A DNA stretch of 64,000 nucleotides from an uncultured Actinomycetota bacterium (GTDB taxonomy: Bacteria > Actinomycetota > Thermoleophilia > RBG-16-64-13). Shown piece after piece: positions 52,005-61,048 of the stretch (positions within the stretch are counted from its first letter, which is position 1; every line of letters starts with the position of its first letter). The position numbers were made by a program, and so were the translations under genes. The DNA lies in contig CAWCLH010000020.1 in the NCBI GenBank assembly GCA_963796315.1, forward strand, positions 127,245 through 191,244. Reading direction: 5' to 3'. Below the pieces are notes generated by a model. It did not search any database. It was not told where the DNA came from and saw only the letters and a list, made by a program, of their open reading frames with translations.

Positions 52005-53465
52005 GTGATGGCTCGCGAGTGGTTGCCTGAGTACGAACTCTCGCCTCGCAACTGGGGCACGCACCCTCCCAAGAAGATGATGATGACGCCGCTGATGATC
52101 CTGCTCGGCGGTTTCTACGCCTTCGCGGTGCCGACCTTGGTGGCGGCCTTCTTCCAGCTGATGTTCTTCAGCGCACCGGTATCCAACGAGTGGGCTCCTT
52201 TGGCCGCATCCGCCGAGCGGGGACGGGCGGTCTACGTCTCGAACGGCTGTGTCTACTGCCACAGCGGCTTCAGCCGTCCGCAGGACGTGCGCAACGGCCT
52301 CTACTACCTCTACCCGCGCGTGTCCCTGCCCGGCGACTACGTGACCAGTGACAGCAGTCCCAACGTGTTCGGTACGGCCCGCATCGGTCCCGACCTCAGT
52401 CACGAGAGCGGCTTCCACCCGGACGACTGGCAACGGGCGCACTTCAACGACGCCCGCTTCGTTACGCCCTTCTCCATCATGGCCCGGTTCGACTTCCTCA
52501 ACGACCAGCAGGTGGAGGACCTGATCGCCTATGTGCAGACGTCCGCCGGCAAGAGCGGGCTGGTCAGGTACGCCGGCGAACTGTACATGAAGAAGATCTT
52601 CCTGGCGGCCAACGGGCTCACCGAGCAGGACATCCCCAAAGGCTACACCGCTGACAAGCTGACGCTCAAAGAAGTTCAGATGAAGTACGTGATGAACGCC
52701 CCGGAGGCGCCCAGCGCCACCGTGGACGGACTTCCCTTCCCCGACGTCGTCAACTTGAACGTGGTGGATCGAAGCTACTGGCTGGTCTCCAACCCCATGC
52801 CCCTGACGACGGGGAACCTCATCGAGGGTCGCCGGATCTTCCAGCAGCGCTGCCAAGGCTGCCACGGCCAAGGGGGCGCGGGCAGCAGTGAAGCCGCGCG
52901 GTTCATGCGGCCGCTGCCCGCTGACTTCACCAGCGAGGACGACCAGGCAAACGGCTCGGATGCCGGCCCCGGCGACTTCTACTATCGGGTCCTGCGCGGT
53001 ATTCCGGGCACGGCGATGGAGAACTTCGGTTCTCGGCTGCGCGTCGACGACATCTGGAAGGTCGTCCTCTTCCTCAAGACCATCCCCAACGGGGGACTGC
53101 AGGCCGACCGTGTGCCCACGCCCGACATGTACGTGCAGTGGAAACCGGGCTCGGACATCATGGGTTACGTGCAGAAGCACGCCATCGATCAGAACAAACG
53201 CTTCATCGGACAGGACACTCCCAGTGACACCGACCCCTTCATGCTCGAGGCCAAGCGGGAGTGGGCCGGCATGAACGACAGCGACAGCTTCACCGTGCCC
53301 GGCTACGGAGAGGTCTCGCTGAGCGCGGCCGCCCGGGACATCAAGGCCATCTACGACAACCTACTCAACCAGGGGTGGAGCGACTTCACCGCCCGCGGAG
53401 GCCACCCGGTCCCGCCGGCCGAGCAGAAGACCGCCGCCCCGGATCTGTCCAGGGAGATGCGGTGA
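52005..53465 (+). CDS. ccoO: cbb3 oxidase cytochrome c subunit, CcoO-like monoheme domain fused to a second CcoP-like heme c domain
   Basis: N-terminal TM anchor. ..YVSNGCVYCHSGFSRP...RIGPDLSHESGFHPDDWQRAHFNDARFVTP (CcoO core). Second CxxCH ..QQRCQGCHGQGG... 486 aa, intact. Confidence 0.8.
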   Translation: MMAREWLPEYELSPRNWGTHPPKKMMMTPLMILLGGFYAFAVPTLVAAFFQLMFFSAPVSNEWAPLAASAERGRAVYVSNGCVYCHSGFSRPQDVRNGLYYLYPRVSLPGDYVTSDSSPNVFGTARIGPDLSHESGFHPDDWQRAHFNDARFVTPFSIMARFDFLNDQQVEDLIAYVQTSAGKSGLVRYAGELYMKKIFLAANGLTEQDIPKGYTADKLTLKEVQMKYVMNAPEAPSATVDGLPFPDVVNLNVVDRSYWLVSNPMPLTTGNLIEGRRIFQQRCQGCHGQGGAGSSEAARFMRPLPADFTSEDDQANGSDAGPGDFYYRVLRGIPGTAMENFGSRLRVDDIWKVVLFLKTIPNGGLQADRVPTPDMYVQWKPGSDIMGYVQKHAIDQNKRFIGQDTPSDTDPFMLEAKREWAGMNDSDSFTVPGYGEVSLSAAARDIKAIYDNLLNQGWSDFTARGGHPVPPAEQKTAAPDLSREMR

Positions 53466-53869
53466 TGGCCGCGGAGAGGAGGTGGACCATGCATGATCGA
53501 TCGGGCTGGCGGCTGCTGCTTCCCATCCTCGCCGTAGCGCTCCTCGCGGCGATGGCCGTGGGATGGGCCGGCTGCGGCAGCACGCCCGCCGGCGTCACGG
53601 TCATCAAGATGCAGGGGGTGCGCTTCGTCCCCGCGGAGGTGACCATCAAGAAGGGCACCAAGGTCCGCTGGGTCAACGAGGACAAGACCGCGCACACCTC
53701 GACCTCGGACGACTTCAAGGTGGGCGAGCAGAACCCGCCGACTGCGTGGAACTCGGAACCCCTCAATCCCGGGGACTCCTGGGAGCGGACGTTCGATTCG
53801 ACAGGGGACTTCCCGTTCCACTGCATGGTGCACACCTATATGAAAGGCAAAGTCACGGTGACGGAGTAG
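53464..53869 (+). CDS. Cupredoxin (plastocyanin/amicyanin-like blue copper protein), predicted lipoprotein
   Basis: ..LLAAMAVGWAGCGST (lipobox). ..VRWVNEDKTAHTSTSDDF...FPFHCMVHTYMKGKVTVTE gives the Cu ligands H, C, H, M. Paralogous to the cupredoxin domain at 46623..47000. Confidence 0.75.
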
Positions 53870-53871
53870 CC

Positions 53872-54099
53872 ATGGACCTCACCATCCAAGAATGGCAATT
53901 GATCATGCTTGCCGTTCCGATTCTTCCGGCCATCGTCCTGGTGCTGCTGGGCGTGGTCTCGGGACGTCTGGAACGCACCGAGCCGGTCAAGTACATCGCC
54001 GTGCTGGAGCCGGACGAGGACTACTGGGAGGCGGCCTACTGGCGGGAACGGGGAGGAGCCCCCGCCGCAGTGACCCCGACCCGGAGGGAGGAGGCGTAG
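53872..54099 (+). CDS. Small single-TM membrane protein, hypothetical
   Basis: MDLTIQEWQLIMLAVPILPAIVLVLLGVVSG.. immediately after the cupredoxin. Confidence 0.3.
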   Translation: MDLTIQEWQLIMLAVPILPAIVLVLLGVVSGRLERTEPVKYIAVLEPDEDYWEAAYWRERGGAPAAVTPTRREEA

Positions 54100-54100
54100 C

Positions 54101-54668
54101 ATGGTGCATTCCCCGTTTGACAGAGGCCTTCGTCGGCGGCTGCAGTTCTTCTACCTGCTGACGGCGTCGGCCTTCTTGATCCTCACGCTGATTCTGGTGA
54201 CCGGGGCTCTGGCCCAGGCGCCCACCACCACGACCACGGGCGGTACGACCACGACCACCATGGCCGGTCCGCCGACCACTGCCCAGCAAAAGCCGGCCGC
54301 CGTCGACCCGGGCCCGTTTCACGGTAAGGTCCCGACGGGCAGCGATGACGCCACCGTCGAGGCGTACTACAACTACCTGGATGTGCGCGAGTTCGGCGCA
54401 TTGCCCGAGACGTACACCATTAACCCGGTATTCTACGGCTGGGGGTTGGGAGCGGCGGGAGTCTCGCTCATCGTCCTCTACTTCTTCAGCGTTCGCGTGG
54501 TACGCGCGCCGATCGACCAGCGACCTCTACCCGGTGGAGGTCTATAACGGCTACATCACGGAACGCGGGGGCCCGGTGGATTCCTTCAACTGGGCTACGT
54601 ACGCCATCCTGGTCGGCCTGGTGATCGCGTACGTGGTCTGGAACCTCATCTACGGACAGATGTACTGA
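54101..54668 (+). CDS. Membrane protein with a Thr-rich extracytoplasmic linker, hypothetical; frameshift near 54500
   Basis: ..FYLLTASAFLILTLILVTGALAQAPTTTTTGGTTTTTMAGPPTTAQQ...SLIVLYFFSVRVV.. then (shift) ..VEVYNGYITERGGPVDSFNWATYAILVGLVIAYVVWNLIYGQMY*. Confidence 0.3.
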
Positions 54669-54685
54669 GCGGCAGGGAGGGAACG

Positions 54686-55063
54686 ATGCCTAAGACTTGG
54701 CCGGGTCTGACCAAGGACGAAGAACTGGAGATGCTCAAGCGAACCGGCGCTCTGGGCGAGTTCGTCATCGCCGGCTTCGCCCAGATGGCGCGGGCTGAGA
54801 TACCGGCGGAGCACTGGAGCGGCGTCTTCTTCTCGTGGCTGTCGCTCAAGGGGCACGTCCAATCCCTGCACTCGGCGGAGCGGACGGAGATGTTCGCCAC
54901 GCGTGTGGGCGATACCGTGTATGCCCTGTTCATCGTGTTGTGGGCGGAGGCGGACGCACTGGCCTCCTGGCTGGAAGACGGTTACGACATCACCGAGATG
55001 CTGCGTGAGATGGGCATACCGGACGAGGACGTCGAGGTGACCCTGATGCGCGACTTCTCCTGA
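54686..55063 (+). CDS. Hypothetical soluble protein
   Basis: 125-aa ORF with AGGGAGG-like RBS context. No family recognised. Confidence 0.3.
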   Translation: MPKTWPGLTKDEELEMLKRTGALGEFVIAGFAQMARAEIPAEHWSGVFFSWLSLKGHVQSLHSAERTEMFATRVGDTVYALFIVLWAEADALASWLEDGYDITEMLREMGIPDEDVEVTLMRDFS

Positions 55064-55081
55064 CGGACGAGGAGAGAAGCT

Positions 55082-55306
55082 ATGACAGATGCGCAGGCGT
55101 ATCCCGATTTCACGCCTCCCGGCGGCGCACGGGGAGAAGGGGGCGTGGCCGAGGGGGTGGACCCCTACACCATGAGCTACGAACGTTCAGATGAACGCTG
55201 GTCCCGGTCCAGCCAGCTGAGAGACTGGCTGATCCTCATCGTCATTGGGGTGGTGCACTTCATCTGGATGCTGATCATCTTCCTCATCGAGCCCGGGATA
55301 CGGTAG
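55082..55306 (+). CDS. Small membrane protein, hypothetical
   Basis: C-terminal TM helix (..LILIVIGVVHFIWMLIIFLIEPGIR). Confidence 0.25.
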   Translation: MTDAQAYPDFTPPGGARGEGGVAEGVDPYTMSYERSDERWSRSSQLRDWLILIVIGVVHFIWMLIIFLIEPGIR

Positions 55307-55384
55307 AGAACAACGTCCGACGGCCGGGCGGGCGCACCCGGCCCGCCCGGCCGTCGAGATCGCGGATTCCATCTGGGAGGCATC

Positions 55385-55894
55385 ATGCTGCACGTCCTTG
55401 TCATGGTCCTGGCCGCCCTGCTCACCGTCTTCTCGGCGAGCAGCGTCTACCTGCTCTATCGAGCACTGCGACAGGCCCGCCGGGAGCATGCCCTGACCGG
55501 ACCTCCCCCCGGCCCGCCGCGTTCGGTGGAACAGCGGGCGCGAGATTTCGTGGCCCCCGCGCACGCTCAGCACGCTATGCTCGGCCCCCGGCGGCGCGTC
55601 GGCGTCGAGTTCTTCACGTCGCTGTGCGGCTTCCCCGGCTTCGGTTGGATCGCCTCGGGCCGGGTTGCCCTGGGGGTCACCTTGATGACCGCGGTACCCG
55701 CTTTCGTCTGGGCCATCTACCCCATCATCCTCTCGGTCAACGGCCGGATCGCGGACGGGCCCTTCGTTGCCGTGCGCTACCTTCCCGCGCTGGCGGTCCT
55801 CTCCTCGGCGACCCTCGCCTTGGTGGAGTGGCGCACAGGGAAGGGGCTTTCGACCAAGGTCGAGACGACGAAAGGGGGAGAGGTTGGGGCGTAG
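55385..55894 (+). CDS. Polytopic membrane protein, hypothetical
   Basis: 169-aa ORF with 3-4 hydrophobic helices. Confidence 0.3.
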   Translation: MLHVLVMVLAALLTVFSASSVYLLYRALRQARREHALTGPPPGPPRSVEQRARDFVAPAHAQHAMLGPRRRVGVEFFTSLCGFPGFGWIASGRVALGVTLMTAVPAFVWAIYPIILSVNGRIADGPFVAVRYLPALAVLSSATLALVEWRTGKGLSTKVETTKGGEVGA

Positions 55895-55906
55895 GGCTCG
55901 GATCGC

Positions 55907-56348
55907 CATGATCGTCGCTCTGGGCTTGGCCGTCCTCCTGCTGGGTGGGTTGCCCATCCTGCTGATGACCCTTCCCGACCCGGTGCCGGTCAAGAAGACC
56001 TCCCTCGAAGGCGAGCGGGTGGGCACCTTCGTGGAGGCCGAGGCGGGGCTGTTCAAGCTCTTCCCCTACACCGCGCCCAACCCGGCGTTCCCCCCGAGCG
56101 CAGCCGTCACCGGCCCGCAGCCGAAGGTGTTCGTGCGGGCGCGACGGTTGGACGCCCTGAGTGCGTACACCATCCGGCCCTACCCGGGCGGTGAGCCTCT
56201 GCCTGTGGACAGGCGCCTGCTGGACCCGCAGACGCTTGAACTCGCATGCGGTCGACCCCTGCCTTCCGGGAAGTACTATGTCACGGCGGCGCGGGACGGC
56301 ATGTACGGCGGCACCGACTACTTCTACTTCCGGGTGGGGCCGCTCTGA
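55907..56348 (+). CDS. Membrane-anchored/secreted hypothetical protein
   Basis: MIVALGLAVLLLGGLPILLMTLPDP.. N-terminal anchor. C-terminus ..YYVTAARDGMYGGTDYFYFRVGPL. Confidence 0.3.
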
Positions 56349-56483
56349 TCACGTGCCCCGCCGGGCCCGAGGGCGGGAGCTACGCTCCGACCACGAGGGC
56401 CGGGGCCACGCTCCAATACCCCATAGGGTCTCCCATGCGGTAGGGTAGAGTATGACTCCACGCAAGCGACCGGAGGTGGGTGG

Positions 56484-57059
56484 AGCGTGGCCTACGAGAA
56501 GTTCGACATGGCGAAGCTCGAGCGGTTGAACGACCCGGACCGCTTCGACCTCTTGGACCCCGACCTGATGTGGCAGGCCCTGGGCGAGCCCCAGCCGGCG
56601 GTGATCGTGGACATCGGTGCGGGCACCGGCCTCTTCGCCGGACGCTTCGCGGAGATGACCCCGGGCGCCACCGTCTACGCCGCCGACACCCATCCGACCA
56701 TGGTCGAGTGGATGCAGCAGCAGCGCGCTCCGGCCTACGGCGGGCGCCTGCGCCCGTTGCTGTCGTCGGAGGACACGGTGCCCTTGCCTGACGCCGTCGC
56801 CGATCTCGTGGTGATGCTCAACCTGCATCACGAGTTGGTCTCGCCCGAGGCCAACTACGCCGAAGCAGCCCGTCTGCTGAAGCCCGGAGGGCAACTCCTG
56901 GTAGTCGACTGGGCCCCGGGGGCGGACGGTGGGCCGCCACAGAAGATCCGGGCCTCGGCCGACGAGATCATCCGGTCGGTCTCGTCAGCCGGCTTCGTCG
57001 ACGCCGTCGCGCACCCGGGGCTCTCCAAGCACTCGCTGGTCACCGCGCGCCGGCCATAG
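56484..57059 (+). CDS. Class I SAM-dependent methyltransferase
   Basis: ..PAVIVDIGAGTGLFAGRFAEMTPGATVYAADTHP...LKPGGQLLVVDW. Confidence 0.7.
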   Translation, partial: SVAYEKFDMAKLERLNDPDRFDLLDPDLMWQALGEPQPAVIVDIGAGTGLFAGRFAEMTPGATVYAADTHPTMVEWMQQQRAPAYGGRLRPLLSSEDTVPLPDAVADLVVMLNLHHELVSPEANYAEAARLLKPGGQLLVVDWAPGADGGPPQKIRASADEIIRSVSSAGFVDAVAHPGLSKHSLVTARRP

Positions 57060-57124
57060 ACGCCGGGCGCGGCCTGGGGCCGGGCCGGCGCCATGGAGCG
57101 CCGTTTCCGGCCGGATGAACCGGA

Positions 57125-57451
57125 TCAGGCCCCGAGGGCGTAGTTGGACGCGCAGGCGGCTACGATCTGGTCGACCTGCTCCTTGGTATACACCCGGCAG
57201 CTACCCTTGACCGGCGGCGCTGCGAGGCCGACATCCACGACGCATGCGCTCAACTGGTCGCGATTGACGCCCAGTCGTTTGGCGATTCGGCCCAGTCCGA
57301 TCGATCCGCGGGGCACGCCACCACCGGCTTCCCGCCGGTGTCCGGACGAGCGGCCGGTGTTCCGGACACCGGCCAGTCCGACACCGGAGAAACCGGGATA
57401 GTCGTAGTCACTGTTCGACGGGTGGTCGGCGGTGACGGGCGATTCGTCCAT
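57125..57451 (-). CDS. Hypothetical protein
   Basis: 108-aa ORF. No family recognised. Low confidence that it is real. Confidence 0.2.
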   Translation of the reverse strand: MDESPVTADHPSNSDYDYPGFSGVGLAGVRNTGRSSGHRREAGGGVPRGSIGLGRIAKRLGVNRDQLSACVVDVGLAAPPVKGSCRVYTKEQVDQIVAACASNYALGA

Positions 57452-57750
57452 CAGCTCTCCGAAGGAACAGGGATGGTCCTCGGCGCAAGGGCCGACCGTC
57501 CGTGTGAGGGTCGCTGCTCTGCTTGGTGTCTGCTCCTAGATTCACACGTTGCCTCGGTTCGGTATGGTTGCAGGAAAACTACAGAATGGATACCCACCAG
57601 AGGCCGAGTCGAGTACTCCCGCCGTGCGCGTAAGCGGAGACGGCGCGGAGGGGGTGCGCGGTTCAGACGTGCCGCTCGAACTTGGGCGGGACAGATGGGC
57701 CGTCCCGCCGCCCGGGCGGGCGGCGGGAGTGCAAAGACAGCGCGTCGCGT

Positions 57751-58388
57751 CTAGCCTTCCGGGCCCAAGATCGCGATGTCGAAGTTGGAGTCGGAGAGGG
57801 CAGGTGCGGTCCCGCTCCACGCGTACGTGTACACCTTACCTTCGTCGGGGAACTCGTGCCCGGATCGAGTGCTGCGGTCGCCCAGCGGACCACGGGTCGC
57901 TACCGATGATGAAAGGCCGGTCGGCTGGCGGGTGACCAGGATCGTCCGACCGGCGACGGGAACTTGAAGTCGATAATGTAGTTGCCGCCGCGGCGTCACG
58001 GGTCAAGACCGGCGCCATGTCGTTCACGTTGTTGAACCAGAAGCTGAGCCGGACGTCCCGGGAAGCAGGATGCGACCGGTACACATGGGCGCCTGCCGCC
58101 ACCTGGGTGCCTGCCGCTCTATGCAGGAAGGTGGCCATCTGACCCCGGTTGACCGGGTTGTCCGGACGATAGGTGAACGTGCCACTGGCTTGGAGAGCCG
58201 ATGGTGACGCCGCTTTCGGCCGCCCACATGATCCCTGCGTAGTGGGTGTGCGTGGTGGGGACGTCGGTGAAGGTCACGGCGGCGAGCGCGGTGACGGGGG
58301 CGAGGACCAAGAGGACGCCGGTGATCAACAGGGCAAGACGTAGCCTTCGCGATGTAGAACGATGGGTGAGACGACCAACCAATCTCAT
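57751..58388 (-). CDS. S-layer-homology (SLH) domain protein with an N-terminal signal/TM anchor; frameshifted
   Basis: MRLVGRLTHRSTSRRLRLALLITGVLLVLAPVTALAAVTFTDVPTTHTHYAGIMWAAESGVT.. (SLH F.DV..H....I.W....G) and, in another frame, ..MATFLHRAAG.. (SLH second half). Confidence 0.45.
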
Positions 58389-58588
58389 GAAGACTCTCCT
58401 TCTTCGTACGTAGTCCCTTCTCTGCCGTGGTGCGGACTCACCTCCTTCTCGGAATGGGACCCAGCTTTCTTCATTCTATGAACCTCGCCGGGCGGGAGCA
58501 ACGACCGCCAAGGGACTTTCGCCCTCGGAGCGAAGAGTCCGTGCCGGGGCGGCTGGGCAGCCGGCGAACAGGCGGAGAGTCGGAACGG

Positions 58589-59996
58589 TCACTCGAGCGG
58601 CTCGCTCATCTTCCGGCGCAGACGCTCCATGCCGTTGATGCGGATGTCCAGGAGCCGCTCGATGCGGGCCTTGGCCTCCAGGCCGCGGGCGGCGCCGGGC
58701 ACGGAGGTGATCACCCCGATGTCCAGGTCCTCGCGCAGCTCGCGCATCACGTTCTCGTCGGACAGGTCCCGCACGCTCACGTCGAGCTTCTCAGCCACAT
58801 ACGCCTTTGCCTCTGGGAGTCGCATCTTGCGGGCGAGCTGCATCCGGGCAACCAGATCTCCGGCTGTGCGGATGCCTCCCATCCCGGAGGCGAGCGCATG
58901 GGCCGCGGGCATCCCGTAGGGATCCCCGGTGCCTACCTATAACCCGTCGCAGCGGGCGATCTCCACCATGGCGACGCTGGCCCGGCTGACGATGTCGATG
59001 GGCGGGCACTCCGCCATGGGCACCCCGCCCACGCCGATACCCACGTTGGGGTGGACGGGGATGGTGGCGGCCTCCCCGCAGGCCTTGCAGAGGGTGACCG
59101 CCCGGGCGATGTTCCACGAGGCCGACCGGCGGGTGTTGGTGTTGACCACCGGCCCGAAGACGTGCGCTCCCGCCTCCTCGCACCAGCTTCACCTGGTCGT
59201 GGGGGTAGAGCCCGGCCAGCCGCCGGCCCTTGTACTCGATCTGACCGTGCATGCCCAGGACGAACTCGGCGGCCATGCCCACCTCGATGGCCAGGTCGGT
59301 GGTGGCGGCCAGCTCCTCCACGGTCTCGAGCGTGGCCAGGAACTCCGCGTCGCCGGCGGAGGCCGTGGTGTCGAAGTTGATGCCGTCGGTGCCCACCTCC
59401 GCCATCTTGCGGGCGACGTAGAGCATGTCGCGCTTCAAGACCTGGGCGGCCTGCTCCTGGGCCTCCCGGGCCTCGGCGATCTTCCCCGCGGGCAGCAGGT
59501 CGGCCGGGTTGCCGAAGGGGCCGTCCGGGCGGGCGTAGAGGGCCAGGTTCGGCATGGCTCCGTAGAAGATGGGCACGATGGTGGAGTGCAGCACGCTCTC
59601 CATGGTCTGCTGTTCCATGGCGATGATCGGCTTGACCGGCTTGTACGAGTAGTCGACCTGGCCGACCTCCATGGTGTCGAAGCCGAAGGCCCGCTCGTAG
59701 ATGCGCACGCCCATCTCCCGGCTGACAGGGACGCCGACGCCGCTGGAGCTCTGCGCCCCGTAGAGCGCGTTGACGCAGCCGTCGTCGGTCAGCACCACCT
59801 CGTGCCCGCGTTCCACGCCACCATACGGCCGGGGGCGGTCATCAACTCGAAGAGGCGGTCCTGCTCCTCCTGGGTGAGCGGGGCGACGTCGCCGGCGACC
59901 ACCGCCTCCTCGACGCCGGCCACGATGTCGCGCCGGATGTCGTCCGCGGTCGCCTCGACGGTCTGGCCGTCGCCCATCCGGGTCAGGTACGTGGTC
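58589..59996 (-). CDS. mtbB: Dimethylamine:corrinoid methyltransferase MtbB-family protein with an in-frame TAG (UAG) codon at the pyrrolysine position; two indel frameshifts elsewhere in the gene
   Basis: Homology runs through three frames: [32 protein letters not shown]...LMTAPGRMV / ..[68 protein letters not shown]...[19 protein letters not shown]...[36 protein letters not shown] / ..[27 protein letters not shown]...[33 protein letters not shown]-[TAG, plus-strand cta at 58937-58939][32 protein letters not shown]...[40 protein letters not shown]... The reading frame is identical on both sides of the TAG, and both flanks carry MtbB-like conserved blocks. Confidence 0.75.
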
Positions 59997-60664
59997 ATGG
60001 GTCCGTCACCTCCTGGTCGCGCGGCGACCAGCTCGAGGGCCTTGGCCACCGCCTCCTGGGCGTCCTCCGCGTACGCGTCGGCGCCGATCTTGTTTGCCCA
60101 ATGCTGGGTGACCACCGCGCCGCCCACCATCGTCTTGACCTGATCGCGGATACCCGCCTTCTTCAAGAGCTTCTCCAGCTGCTTCTGGCCGAGCATGGTG
60201 GTGGTCATCAGGGCGGAACTGCCGACGATGGAGGCGCCGGTCTCCTGGGCCTTCTCCACGAAGGCGGTCACCGGGACGTCCCTGCCCAGGTCGACGACGT
60301 CGAAGCCATAGACCCGGAACAGCGTCGCCACGATCCCCTTGCCGATGTCGTGCACGTCCCCCTCGATGGTCCCCAGCACGGCGATGCCGGCCTTCTTGGC
60401 CTTATCCTCTTCGGGCAGGTGCTGCTCGAGGACGGCGATGGCGGCCGTCATCGCTTCGCTGGCCAGGATGACCTCGGGTAGGAACAGGTGCCCGCGCTCG
60501 AAGCGTTCGCCCACCTGTACCATGCCCGCCCCGTAGCCTCGATCGATCACCATGACCGGGTCGAGCCCCATGGCCATGGCCTCGTGGGCCAGCGCCACCG
60601 CCTGCCGCTCGTCCGCCTCGACGATGGCCGCGGCTGCGGACGCCAGCAGTTCCTCTTCTGTCAT
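59993..60664 (-). CDS. mtbC: Methyltransferase-cognate corrinoid (B12-binding) protein, MtbC/MtaC family
   Basis: ATG at 60664 after GAGGAGG. MTEEELLASAAAAIVEADERQAVALAHEAMAMGLDPVMVIDRGYGAGMVQVGERFERGHLFLPEVILASEAM... (B12-binding-2 cap). ..GTIEGDVHDIGKGIVATLFRVYGFDVVDLGRDVP...GSSALMTTTM...MVGGAVVTQHWANKIGADAY (DxHxxG...SxL...GG cobalamin-binding motifs). A TGA in the +1 frame overlaps the mtbB ATG (ccATGAcc). Confidence 0.8.
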
Positions 60665-60721
60665 AGATGCCTCCTCGGGCACGGGCCGATAGCGGCTGCC
60701 TTCGTCCAGGCTAACACTGCG

Positions 60722-60910
60722 CTAGCGGAAGGCGGCGATGACGACCCGGCCGACCACGGTCAGGAGGATCGCGGCCGCTACCGTGGCTGCGAAGGCCAGC
60801 AACCCTGGGAGGTGCGTCCAAAGGAGGAGTAGTCCCGCGAACACCAGCGCGCCGGCGACCCATAGCAGGAAGACCACGACCAGACCCAGCAGCAGCGAGG
60901 TGCGCTTCAT
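60722..60910 (-). CDS. Small two-TM membrane protein, hypothetical
   Basis: [62 protein letters not shown]. Confidence 0.3.
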   Translation of the reverse strand: MKRTSLLLGLVVVFLLWVAGALVFAGLLLLWTHLPGLLAFAATVAAAILLTVVGRVVIAAFR

Positions 60911-61048
60911 GACGTGCCCCTCTCCCGGCGAACTCCCTGTCGGCATCCGTTCTACCCAATCCCGGGCAGCAGGAGCACGCGCGGTCGCTTCTTCGCCGGG
61001 CGCTCCGTCGGCGGTCGCCGTCCGTCCTTTCCGGTACCATACAAGTCT

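Noticed and set aside
57679-57710. Hairpin downstream of the SLH gene as an intrinsic terminator
   Set aside because: The stem is imperfect and there is no U-tract on the relevant strand.
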